From Bacteroidales bacterium (GTDB lineage: Bacteria > Bacteroidota > Bacteroidia > Bacteroidales > JAIPAP01), in assembly GCA_021740045.1 (NCBI GenBank), contig JAIPAP010000005.1, forward strand, positions 1 to 56,865: a stretch of 56,865 nt of DNA, given 5' to 3'. How positions within the stretch are numbered: the stretch's first letter is position 1; each line of letters starts with the position of its first letter. The notes beneath the pieces are model-generated. The model saw only the letters and a program-made list of their open reading frames with translations, had not been told where the DNA came from and ran no database searches. The position numbers and the translations under genes are program-made. Shown here piece by piece: positions 26,145-35,055 of the stretch.

Positions 26145-27527
26145 TTATTTGTCCATTTTTTCCAAGTACTCAACAGGTGATAGGCCGTAATGCTTTTTAA
26201 AAAGCTTTGAAAAGTATGAAGGATCGGCAAATCCATGATCGTAGGCAGCCTGACTAACGTTTCCCTCATTTGAGGTCAAATATTCGGCAGCAAGCTGGAG
26301 TTTTACAATATAAATGTAATTGGTTGGAGTACACCCTAACTCTTCGCGGGTAACACGCTGAAAATTTCGTAATGAAAGTCCTATACCCCTTGCCACCTCT
26401 TCACTACGAAGCATTTTTCCTTTGTATTCCTTGATATAGTTAAAAGCCTGTTGCAGTATTTCCTGATATTCAGTTAATGTGTTCTTTTGAACCACTTTTT
26501 TTGATCCGGCTTGAATTAATGGCGAGTCCGCAACTTCCTGGCGTTGAGGTAGCCGCTGTAATTTTCGTATATAGAAGTACAAGCCGGTTATAACCAGCAA
26601 TGTAATCACTATCATTCCAATGAATATTTTAGCCCAGGCATTCTTGTATTTTTCCGATACCCGTTCTATCCACCCGGGATGGCCCGTGAGCACAGCCGGT
26701 TTCCAGTATTTTGGGAATCCAAAGTCACCATAGCCCACCCAATTGAAGGGCCAGGTAATGTAAGTGGTTTCAATAGTTTGTCGCAGGTCAACCAGGGAAT
26801 AATCCATATCTTCACAACCCACATCAATCTTAAGCCAATGGCCTTCTTCGGGCGTAACCCCTATTGCCAGCCATGGGATGGCCACCTCCATAATATATCC
26901 TTCATCTTTTTTCAAGGGGGAATTAATATCACCAAAAAAGCTGGTGGCGCTTTCGAAATATACATTTTGTCCCTGGGCTTTGGGAACTACAAAGGTATCT
27001 ACCTTCATCTTTTCATAATCTCCCCGAAAAACTACGCTTTGATTTAAAATATCAATAATGAACTGATAATCATTAATATCCATCCTTTCTTCACTGTCTT
27101 TTTGGGTATCCAGATAGATTTCCATGGCATCATTCAGGTAGATCTCCGATGCCTTAATATCTTTATCCACTTGTGCAAATAAGTGCTTATCCTTCACATC
27201 AAAACCGAAATACAAGTAATCCAGGTCCCAGCACATCAGCACCTCGATGGCATTTTTCGAAAGCGGCTTACGAATGCTTGCAGTGTCGAAATCCTCGGGG
27301 TAGAGCTCGAAAATAAAATAATCGGGTGTGTGATGCGGAAACGAAAAAGTGTCGCAAAAGATGCGACCGGCATATTTTTTCCAGTCATCCAGTTCACCAT
27401 CGATGTTGATCTCATTTTTGGCATAGGGGATGGAAATTGTATCATGAACGGGATTTTGCACTGCATAACCGCCGGAAGTACAGATCATCGAAAAAATTAA
27501 AACTATTAAACAATTGTTTCCCGCCAC
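26145..27527 (-). CDS. Transmembrane one-component regulator: extracytoplasmic CBM9/DOMON-like carbohydrate-binding domain, one TM helix and a cytoplasmic AraC-type HTH
   Basis: 460 aa with a GTG start. N-terminal signal and the motif NEINIDGELDDWKKY, typical of family-9 carbohydrate-binding modules. TM helix IFIGMIVITLLVITGLYFYI. C-terminal AraC HTH (RSEEVARGIGLSLRNFQRVTREELG...AAYDHGFADPSYFSKLFKKHYGLSP). Confidence 0.8.
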   Translation of the reverse strand: MAGNNCLIVLIFSMICTSGGYAVQNPVHDTISIPYAKNEINIDGELDDWKKYAGRIFCDTFSFPHHTPDYFIFELYPEDFDTASIRKPLSKNAIEVLMCWDLDYLYFGFDVKDKHLFAQVDKDIKASEIYLNDAMEIYLDTQKDSEERMDINDYQFIIDILNQSVVFRGDYEKMKVDTFVVPKAQGQNVYFESATSFFGDINSPLKKDEGYIMEVAIPWLAIGVTPEEGHWLKIDVGCEDMDYSLVDLRQTIETTYITWPFNWVGYGDFGFPKYWKPAVLTGHPGWIERVSEKYKNAWAKIFIGMIVITLLVITGLYFYIRKLQRLPQRQEVADSPLIQAGSKKVVQKNTLTEYQEILQQAFNYIKEYKGKMLRSEEVARGIGLSLRNFQRVTREELGCTPTNYIYIVKLQLAAEYLTSNEGNVSQAAYDHGFADPSYFSKLFKKHYGLSPVEYLEKMDK

Positions 27528-28295
27528 ATTAAAGCAATTATACGGTTTTTCATCTCGTATTATAAGCGCCCCTTACTGATTATTGTTTCTTATAGCGAAT
27601 TTAAGCAATAATTACATAAAAGTAATATTTTTTTAGGTCAATTTGATGATTGTTTTTGGAGACAATGAAAAAAACATCAACTCATCCTTCAGCTTCTTAA
27701 TTATTAAAAAAATATTTCAACGTGGAAAACTCAGCAGGGCATTAAGCGATAAATTTATTGAAAATGCCGATGTCAATGGATCAGTATAAGTGGCGCTGAT
27801 CGGCATTACAGAATTGCTGGGGGCGTAGTAAACCCTGAAGCACCATCTGAATGAACTGCAAAACGACATCCATCATATCTTAAAAATTACATCGATTTGA
27901 TATTATCTATCTATTGTTGTATCTTTGTAAGTACATTACTATTAAAGTAATGTAAATCAGGGGGTTTTTAAGGGGGATGTTAATACATCAGTAGTTCGAA
28001 CATAATTAATTTCTACTCTTCAGATCAGGTTACATTATTGCCGTTCCTCCTTGCAGTTGGCATAGTTATACAATGCCATACCATTAAATTGGATTCTCGT
28101 GCAGGATAGCATCCAAGGCAGGAAGAGTAAGTTATTCTGAATATAATTCATATTGATGACTGTGGGTTAAATAAAATGGTCCTCTGCTAGATCTAATGAT
28201 CAGCAAAAAGCTTGTGATATATATGTAATAGGTTTTCAATATGTTAACACAATTTTGCTCGTAATTTTTATAGGGATGACGTAATTAAAGTATGT

Positions 28296-29753
28296 ATGGA
28301 AAAAGGTAAGGGAGAAACATTTTCATTGAAAAAATGCCCAACCGGGATTAACGGATTGGACGAAATGACGCAGGGCGGATTACCCCGGGGCAGAACAACC
28401 CTGGTTTATGGAGGGCCGGGATGCGGTAAAACGGTTTTGGCAATGGAATTCTTATACAGGGGAATAATGAATTATCAGGAACCAGGAGTTTTTCTGGCCT
28501 TTGAGGAACCCCAAAAAAGCCTGGTTACTAATTTCGCTTCTATGGGGTTCCACTTATCTGAAGCCATCGATAAAGGAAAGTTGTTAATTGACTTTGTCAA
28601 GATCGATCCTGCCGAAATTACAGAAGCCGGTGATTTCAACCTTGATCCTGTTTTTATCCGCCTCGAGCAGGCCATACAAAAAACCGGGGCAAAACGAGTC
28701 GCCATCGATACCATTGAAACCATCTTTTCAGCTTTAACAAAAGTAGAGAAACTCCGCTCAGAAATAAAACGTCTTTTTCAATGGCTTAGCGAGAAGGGAA
28801 TGACTGCTATTGTAACAGGAGAAGAAGGAAGAAATGAAGCCACAAAATACGGATTGGAAGAATATGTTTCCGACTGTGTAATTGTATTGGATAACCGTAT
28901 TCGCGAACAAGTCTCGAAAAGACGGCTGCGCATCCTTAAATACCGTGGATCGAGCCATATAGCCGATGAATGCCCTTTTCTTATCAGCAGCAACGGTTTT
29001 TCGGTATTACCGGTAACATCCCTTGAGCTCAATCATCCGGCCGGCAATGAACGAATTTCCACCGGTGTGTCCGATCTGGACGATTTAATGAGTGGGTTGG
29101 GTTATTACAGGGGATCCAGCATCCTGGTAAGTGGTACTGCCGGAACCGGAAAAAGCAGTATTGCTGCCCATTTTGTTGAAGCTGCTTGCAAGCGGAACGA
29201 AAGATGTCTTTACCTTTCTTTCGAAGAATCGGTGGATCAAATTGTGCGGAATATGAAATCCATAAAAATTGATCTGAGCCCCTATATTGAAAACGGCTTG
29301 CTTACCATTAAATCGGAACGAACATCTACTTTGGGTCTCGAGGAACATTTACTAAAACTGCACCGCTTAATAGAAGACCAATCACCCAAAGTGGTTATTA
29401 TGGACCCGATAACCAACTTCTTCAGTGTGGGAAATTTCACAGAGGTAAAAAATATGCTGACCCGGATATTGGATTTTCTGAAACAACATGAAATAACCGG
29501 GTTTTTTACCAGCCTCACCGAACCGGATAATAGCCGGGAACAAACAACGGTTGGCATTTCATCCATAATGGACACCTGGATTGTATCACAGGACTATCAG
29601 GACAAGAATGAAAAAAAGCGTATCCTATACCTGCTAAAATCAAGAGGCATGGGTCATTCAAGAGCTATAAAGGAAATGCACATTACCCCGGAAGGTGTAA
29701 AACTCACAAAACCCCATTTCAACCTGGAACGGGATAAATTAGATGACAATTAA
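28296..29753 (+). CDS. kaiC: Circadian-clock-type double-domain ATPase KaiC
   Basis: 485 aa and colinear with cyanobacterial KaiC. CI Walker A GGPGCGKT and catalytic pair FLAFEEP. CII Walker A GTAGTGKS and YLSFEES. The phosphosite region TTVGISSIMDT aligns to TDSHISTITDT of S. elongatus (T426, S431, T432). Confidence 0.9.
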   Translation: MEKGKGETFSLKKCPTGINGLDEMTQGGLPRGRTTLVYGGPGCGKTVLAMEFLYRGIMNYQEPGVFLAFEEPQKSLVTNFASMGFHLSEAIDKGKLLIDFVKIDPAEITEAGDFNLDPVFIRLEQAIQKTGAKRVAIDTIETIFSALTKVEKLRSEIKRLFQWLSEKGMTAIVTGEEGRNEATKYGLEEYVSDCVIVLDNRIREQVSKRRLRILKYRGSSHIADECPFLISSNGFSVLPVTSLELNHPAGNERISTGVSDLDDLMSGLGYYRGSSILVSGTAGTGKSSIAAHFVEAACKRNERCLYLSFEESVDQIVRNMKSIKIDLSPYIENGLLTIKSERTSTLGLEEHLLKLHRLIEDQSPKVVIMDPITNFFSVGNFTEVKNMLTRILDFLKQHEITGFFTSLTEPDNSREQTTVGISSIMDTWIVSQDYQDKNEKKRILYLLKSRGMGHSRAIKEMHITPEGVKLTKPHFNLERDKLDDN

Positions 29754-29771
29754 ACTATTGGAGGAAAAACT

Positions 29772-30068
29772 ATGGAAAATGAGCAACATAAAAGCATTAT
29801 TTTAAAACTATATATTGCAGGAACAACCGAAAAATCGCAGGCAGAGGCCGAAAGGCTTCAAGAGGTTTGCGAGAATCATTTCCCCGGAAAATACAAAATT
29901 GAAGTGATCGATCTGTTGGAAAGGCCTCAACTGGCATCTGATGAACAAATATTTGCTGTACCCACCCTGGTAAGGGATTTACCTTTACCGGTTCGAAAGG
30001 TGATAGGTGATTTTTCCAACGTCGAAAAAGCTTTGGTGGGTTTGGATCTTTTACCCCGGTCGCACTAA
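29772..30068 (+). CDS. kaiB: Circadian clock protein KaiB
   Basis: 98 aa. ILKLYIAGTTEKS...IEVIDLLERPQLASDEQIFAVPTLVRDLPLPVRKVIGDFSNVEKALVGLDLL is nearly colinear with S. elongatus KaiB. It lies 18 bp after kaiC. Confidence 0.9.
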   Translation: MENEQHKSIILKLYIAGTTEKSQAEAERLQEVCENHFPGKYKIEVIDLLERPQLASDEQIFAVPTLVRDLPLPVRKVIGDFSNVEKALVGLDLLPRSH

Positions 30069-30100
30069 AATAAAGAGTTGAACGAATAAACACTGGAAAA

Positions 30101-32485
30101 ATGAATCCACGGGAAAACAAAACGGACCAACGCTACCTTAAAATTATTAATGAGAGTGCTGATGGCATTGTAATAGTTAATGATCAAGGAAAGGCTCTTT
30201 TTGCTAATCCCAGGGCCAGTGCATTATTACAGCGGGAACCGCATGAAATAACCGGTGCTAACTTTGGCTTTCCACTTTTTGAGGAAGAGTCAACAGAGCT
30301 TCAAATACCCAGGAGCGAGGGCACATTAAGTCATGTTGAATTGCGAACAGTAAAAACCACTTGGGAAGAGCAGGATGCTTATATATGCAATTTGAGGGAT
30401 ATTACTGCACACAAAAATACAGAACACAAACTTAGAGAAAGTGAACAAAAATACCGCTCTCTTTATAATTCCATTCGTGATGCCATATTGGTAGCCAATA
30501 CCAACAGGGAAATTATCGATTGTAATGAAGCTTTTACCGAACTTTTTGGATACCGGCTTACCGAAATAAAAGGGAAAAAGACCAGCCTTATATATGCAAA
30601 CGAGGAAGAATACAAAGCCATGGGCGAAGCCATAATAATGCACAAAGGCGACCCAAAATTCCTGTTTAATGTTCATTACAAGAAAAAAAGCGGCGAGGTT
30701 TTCCTTGGAGAAACCAACGTATTTTATAAACAGGATGCTGATGGAAATGTAATTGGTTTTTTAGGACTTTTCAGAGATATTACAGAAAAAGAGAAAGCCG
30801 ATAAAGAGCTTCGCGACAGTTATAAACGCATTCGAACTATTGGTAATAATCTCCCTTCAGGAATTATATACAGAAAACGTCTGAAAAAAGGAGTCAAGCC
30901 AAAATTCACCTATATCTCCGACAAGGTAAAACAATTGCATGGTTGCACTCCGGAAGAAGCAATGAAAGATTCTGACCTTATATACAACAATATTCTTGAA
31001 GATGATTTAAAGCTCTTGAAAAAAGAACGCAACAGGGCAATGGAAGAGCTTACTCCCTACAGTATTGAAATAAGGGTAAAAAGGCCAAATGGTGATATCC
31101 ATTGGCATCAGGTTATTTCCCAACCACATAAAATAGAGGATAACTATATTTTCGATGGAATTGAATTTGATATTAGTACGCGCAAAAAATCAGAAGAGGA
31201 ACTTAAAGCAATTTCAGCAAGACTAGCCCGCCAAAATGAAGATTATGAGGCTATCAACGAAGAATTAAATCAATCCAATGATCAACTTCAGCAATTAAAC
31301 AAAGAACTGGAGCATGCGAAAGAAAAAGCCGAAGAAAGCGATCGCTTAAAGTCGGCGTTTTTAGCCAATATGAGCCATGAGATACGTACACCCATGAACG
31401 CTATTATGGGATTTTCGGGCTTGCTCGACGATCCTGATATATCACCTGAAGACCAGAAAAAGTATGTTGATATTATTCAAAACAAGGGTGAAGTTTTGAT
31501 GCAATTGATCAATGATATTGTCGACACTGCTAAAATTGAAGCGGGTTATCTTACCCTGCGCTATGAAAATATAAATCTGAATGACTTTTTTGATCAAGTT
31601 TACACAACCTCTCAAAACACCATAAAGCAAAAAGGGAAAGCCGATGGCATTGAGATGCGTTACCGAAAGCCGCTTCCGGATGATAAGGTTAACATCAGAA
31701 CCGATCCTGTAAGGGTGCGACAGGTAATTGATAACCTGGTCAATAATGCCATTAAATTCACCAATGATGGATATATTGAAATCGGATATCAAGAGCCTGA
31801 AGAAGATTTGATTACCATGTATGTTAAAGATACCGGTATTGGTATTCCGGAAGATAAACAAGCCTTGGTTTTTGAACGTTTCCGGCAAATAGAGGATGAG
31901 CAAAATCCCGATAATTTTTATGGTGGCACAGGTCTCGGTTTAAATATAGCAAGCAACCTTGTCGGGCTTCTGGGCGGCTCCATTTGCCTGGATTCTGTCG
32001 AAGAAAAGCCAGATCAAACCGGAGGTACTACTTTCTATCTTACTATTCCTTACCTACCTGTAAGTAACGTTAAAAGTGCCAGTGTTAAAGAAAAACTTAG
32101 TGAAATCCCCAATTGGAAAAATAAAACTATTCTTTTAGCTGAGGATGAAGAATCGAACCTCGAATATATTAAAGAGGTTCTTCGCCCTACCAATATTAAT
32201 ATGCTGGTAGCATTAAACGGAAAAGAATGTGTTGAGATTTTCAAAGCTAATCCCGGGATCAATTTGATTCTTATGGATCTTAAAATGCCGGTTATGGATG
32301 GCTATGAAGCCACTCACCAAATACGGCAACTCGATCAAAAAATAGTCATCATTGCCCAAACCGCCTATGCATTGACCGGCGATAAGGCGAAAGCTATTAA
32401 GGCTGGATGTAACGATTACATCGCCAAACCGATCAAAAAGCAACTATTGGTTAATTCAATATATAATCACATTAGCCAGCGATAA
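30101..32485 (+). CDS. Multi-PAS hybrid sensor histidine kinase (PAS x3, coiled coil, HisKA, HATPase_c, receiver)
   Basis: 794 aa. H-box SHEIRTPMNAI. N box NLVNNAIKFT. G boxes DTGIGI and GGTGLGL. C-terminal REC domain (ILLAEDEE...DLKMPVMDGYE...KPI). It lies 32 bp after kaiB, so it is probably the clock output or input kinase. Confidence 0.9.
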   Translation: MNPRENKTDQRYLKIINESADGIVIVNDQGKALFANPRASALLQREPHEITGANFGFPLFEEESTELQIPRSEGTLSHVELRTVKTTWEEQDAYICNLRDITAHKNTEHKLRESEQKYRSLYNSIRDAILVANTNREIIDCNEAFTELFGYRLTEIKGKKTSLIYANEEEYKAMGEAIIMHKGDPKFLFNVHYKKKSGEVFLGETNVFYKQDADGNVIGFLGLFRDITEKEKADKELRDSYKRIRTIGNNLPSGIIYRKRLKKGVKPKFTYISDKVKQLHGCTPEEAMKDSDLIYNNILEDDLKLLKKERNRAMEELTPYSIEIRVKRPNGDIHWHQVISQPHKIEDNYIFDGIEFDISTRKKSEEELKAISARLARQNEDYEAINEELNQSNDQLQQLNKELEHAKEKAEESDRLKSAFLANMSHEIRTPMNAIMGFSGLLDDPDISPEDQKKYVDIIQNKGEVLMQLINDIVDTAKIEAGYLTLRYENINLNDFFDQVYTTSQNTIKQKGKADGIEMRYRKPLPDDKVNIRTDPVRVRQVIDNLVNNAIKFTNDGYIEIGYQEPEEDLITMYVKDTGIGIPEDKQALVFERFRQIEDEQNPDNFYGGTGLGLNIASNLVGLLGGSICLDSVEEKPDQTGGTTFYLTIPYLPVSNVKSASVKEKLSEIPNWKNKTILLAEDEESNLEYIKEVLRPTNINMLVALNGKECVEIFKANPGINLILMDLKMPVMDGYEATHQIRQLDQKIVIIAQTAYALTGDKAKAIKAGCNDYIAKPIKKQLLVNSIYNHISQR

Positions 32486-32535
32486 AAGATGAATTCCACC
32501 ATTAAGCTACAATTGAAAAAGGCTTGACCGTTTTT

Positions 32536-32597
32536 ATCCCCGTCCCGAAAGTATTTGGGATCGGGGCAGGCTGTGAGCGAGAAACGCTCTATTTGGG
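32536..32597. repeat. Two-hairpin intergenic repeat element, copy B (short form)
   Basis: atccccgtcccgaaagtatttgggatcgggg is followed by gtgagcgagaaacgctctatttggg. These are the same two modules as at 14618-14722. Hairpin 1 is preserved with a G-U wobble and hairpin 2 with a shortened stem (gagcg/cgctc). Confidence 0.55.
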
Positions 32598-32617
32598 TGC
32601 AAATCAGCTAACAGCTA

Positions 32618-32647
32618 CAAAAAAAGCCCACTTGCAAGCAAGGGGCT
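32618..32647 (-). terminator. Probable terminator of the ferredoxin gene; the hairpin sits between convergent genes
   Basis: The plus strand reads caaaaaaagcccacttgcaagcaaggggct. On the minus strand this gives agcccct...gggct pairing followed by ttttttt. Confidence 0.45.
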
Positions 32648-32680
32648 TAATGGATTTATACATAATTTAATGGTCCTTAA

Positions 32681-32848
32681 TTATTCCGGGTGAATGGCTT
32701 CAACCGGGCAAACATCTGCACATGCGCCGCAATCGGTGCACAGATCAGGATCAATGGTGTAAGGACTTCCTTCGTTGATAGCTTCAACGGGGCATTCATC
32801 AATGCAAGTACCACATTCTGTGCAATCATCTGTTATTACGTAAGCCAT
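32681..32848 (-). CDS. 2x[4Fe-4S] ferredoxin (55 aa), below the ORF-track size cutoff
   Basis: My translation of the minus strand is MAYVITDDCTECGTCIDECPVEAINEGSPYTIDPDLCTDCGACADVCPVEAIHPE*. It has two canonical CxxCxxCxxxCP clusters. The listed plus-strand ORF 32690..32920 is its antisense shadow. Confidence 0.85.
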   Translation of the reverse strand: MAYVITDDCTECGTCIDECPVEAINEGSPYTIDPDLCTDCGACADVCPVEAIHPE

Positions 32849-33198
32849 AAGTTGTTAAATTTTAAAAAGTTAAGTATTTATGTTCGTTCACAAGTGCAAA
32901 TATATACACTTCAAAATTAAAATACCTAGCAAAGTCAAAAATTTGAACTTTACTAGTGCATTATATTTATCGCCTGCCAAACGGCAAAGACCTCTAAAAT
33001 ATTGTAAACGTATTTTTTATAGCAATATGTAGAACGATGATAAATTAGACGGTGAAACAAATTAAAAACCAATGAGTAAGCAGGAAAGTTTTATGGAAAA
33101 TTTGTGGGAATTCTATCAAAGATGAATAATAAAACTTATAACTTTGCGTCGATTATTAACATGTAATTAACAATCATTGAAAAGGTAAACCACATAAG

Positions 33199-35055
33199 AT
33201 GAGTGAAAAAAACAAAAATGTTGTTGAAAAGGAAGATGTAGTTGTCCGTTTTGCCGGTGATTCAGGTGACGGCATGCAGTTAACCGGGTCCTTATTTTCC
33301 GATTCAACAGCAGTAGAAGGTTTCGATTTTGCCACATTTCCGGATTATCCGGCCGAGATACGTGCCCCACAGGGTACTATTGCCGGTGTATCGGGTTTCC
33401 AGGTGCATTTTGGGCATAAAGACATCTACACCTCCGGTGATTATGCCGATGTGCTGGTAGCCATGAATCCGGCTTCGCTGCGCTCTAACCTTAAATGGAC
33501 CAAAACAGGAGGAACTATTATCCTCGACCGGGACGCATTCACCGAAAAGGGATTAAAAAAAGCGGGTTATCATTCAAATCCGCTGGAGGATGGAAGCCTG
33601 GATGATTATAAGGTAATAGACCCGCCCATTACCACACTCACGAAAGAAGCTGTAAAAGACCTGAATGTCGATCACAAAATGGCTCAAAAGAGTAAGAACA
33701 TGTTTGCCCTGGGCATGCTGTTCTATCTTTTCCACCGCGATTTCAAATCGACATTCGATTTTTTTGAAGAAAAGTTTAAAAAGAACCCACTTGTAGTGGA
33801 TATGAATAAGCGGGTTCTTAAAGCCGGTTACAGTTATGCCGATAGCGTTGAAGCCATGCGTTCAACCATCAGTGTACCGCCTGCCGATCTTAAAAAAGGC
33901 ACTTACCGTAACATTACCGGTAATGTTGCCACCGCCTGGGGGTTTCTGGCTGCCGCCGAAAAGGCGGGCAGGGAGCTGTTCCTCGGTTCATATCCCATTA
34001 CACCTGCATCGGAAATTTTACAGGAATTATCAAAACATAAACAGTTTAACGCCAGGGTATTCCAGGCCGAAGATGAAATCGCCGGTATCACTTCAACCAT
34101 CGGGGCATCTTACGCCGGAGCGCTTGGCATAACAACCACTTCCGGTCCCGGCTTGTCGCTGAAAAGTGAAGCCATCGGATTGGCGGTTATGACCGAGTTG
34201 CCCATCGTAATTGTGGATGTGCAGCGTGGTGGTCCTTCAACAGGATTGCCCACTAAATCGGAGCAATCGGATTTGCTGCAAGCGCTTTTCGGTCGCAACG
34301 GCGAATGTCCTACTATCGTTATTGCTTCCCAAAGCCCGGTGGATTGTTTTTATGCAGCCTATGAAGCTTCCAAGCTTTCGGTTGAACATATGACACCCAC
34401 CCTGCTTCTTACCGACGGCTCCATTGCTAATGGCTCCGAAGTATTCCGGATTCCGAAGGTGAAGGAAATGGATTCCATTGATGCCCCCATAGCTGAACCC
34501 AATGATGAGGACTTTAAACCCTATAAACGCGATGAGAAAACCCTGAGCCGCCAATGGGCCATCCCCGGAACCGAGGGCTTAAGGCATCGGGTGGGAGGCC
34601 TCGAGAAAGAAAATATCTCCGGAAACGTTTCGCACGATCCTAAAAATCATCAATTGATGATTGAATTGCGTCAGGACAAAGTAGATCGTGTGGCCGATTA
34701 CCTCCCTGAACAAAAAGTTGTGGGGAAGGAAAGCGGCGACATCCTGGTGGTAAGTTGGGGAGGAACTTTCGGAGTAGTGCGTGAGGCTGTTAAGGAAATT
34801 CAGGAAGAAGGAAAGAGCGTTAGCATGGCGCATTTTCGTTATATTAATCCTTTGCCGAAAAATACCGGCGAAATCCTGAGTAAATTCAAAAAGATCGTGG
34901 TTTGTGAGATCAACAAAGGACAATTTATGAATTACCTGAAGATGAATTTTCCCCAATATGACTACGACCTGTATTATAAGATACAAGGTTTACCCTTCCT
35001 GGTATCGGAATTAAAAGATAAGTTTAACGAGGTAATCGAGAAACTTGACCAATGA
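33199..35055 (+). CDS. korA: 2-oxoglutarate/2-oxoacid:ferredoxin oxidoreductase subunit alpha
   Basis: 618 aa. The N-terminal gamma-like domain is fused to the alpha domain (VVRFAGDSGDGMQLTG..., GSYPITPASEILQEL, ITTTSGPGLSLKSEAIG). It overlaps the beta subunit gene by 4 nt. Confidence 0.9.
   Translation: MSEKNKNVVEKEDVVVRFAGDSGDGMQLTGSLFSDSTAVEGFDFATFPDYPAEIRAPQGTIAGVSGFQVHFGHKDIYTSGDYADVLVAMNPASLRSNLKWTKTGGTIILDRDAFTEKGLKKAGYHSNPLEDGSLDDYKVIDPPITTLTKEAVKDLNVDHKMAQKSKNMFALGMLFYLFHRDFKSTFDFFEEKFKKNPLVVDMNKRVLKAGYSYADSVEAMRSTISVPPADLKKGTYRNITGNVATAWGFLAAAEKAGRELFLGSYPITPASEILQELSKHKQFNARVFQAEDEIAGITSTIGASYAGALGITTTSGPGLSLKSEAIGLAVMTELPIVIVDVQRGGPSTGLPTKSEQSDLLQALFGRNGECPTIVIASQSPVDCFYAAYEASKLSVEHMTPTLLLTDGSIANGSEVFRIPKVKEMDSIDAPIAEPNDEDFKPYKRDEKTLSRQWAIPGTEGLRHRVGGLEKENISGNVSHDPKNHQLMIELRQDKVDRVADYLPEQKVVGKESGDILVVSWGGTFGVVREAVKEIQEEGKSVSMAHFRYINPLPKNTGEILSKFKKIVVCEINKGQFMNYLKMNFPQYDYDLYYKIQGLPFLVSELKDKFNEVIEKLDQ

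Noticed and set aside
27790-27885. A 31-aa minus-strand ORF (MMDVVLQFIQMVLQGLLRPQQFCNADQRHLY) could be a gene remnant in the kaiC leader.
   Set aside because: It is too short, I recognise no motif in it, and I cannot search for homologues. It is noted only within the leader-region finding.
27991-28000. The sequence gtagttcgaa resembles a tRNA T-arm (GGTTCGAA).
   Set aside because: The flanking sequence cannot form an acceptor stem, D-arm or anticodon arm. No tRNA-like cloverleaf is present anywhere in the window.
28296-29753. The double RecA-like ATPase could be a RadA/Sms-type repair protein or a defence-system ATPase rather than KaiC.
   Set aside because: It is colinear with cyanobacterial KaiC over its full length, including the EE catalytic pairs and the phosphosite segment. 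It is immediately followed by an unmistakable KaiB. No nuclease, Lon or zinc-finger modules are present.
32690-32920. A listed plus-strand 76-aa ORF (MNGFNRANICTCAAIGAQ...).
   Set aside because: It is the antisense shadow of a textbook 2x[4Fe-4S] ferredoxin encoded on the minus strand (32681..32848).
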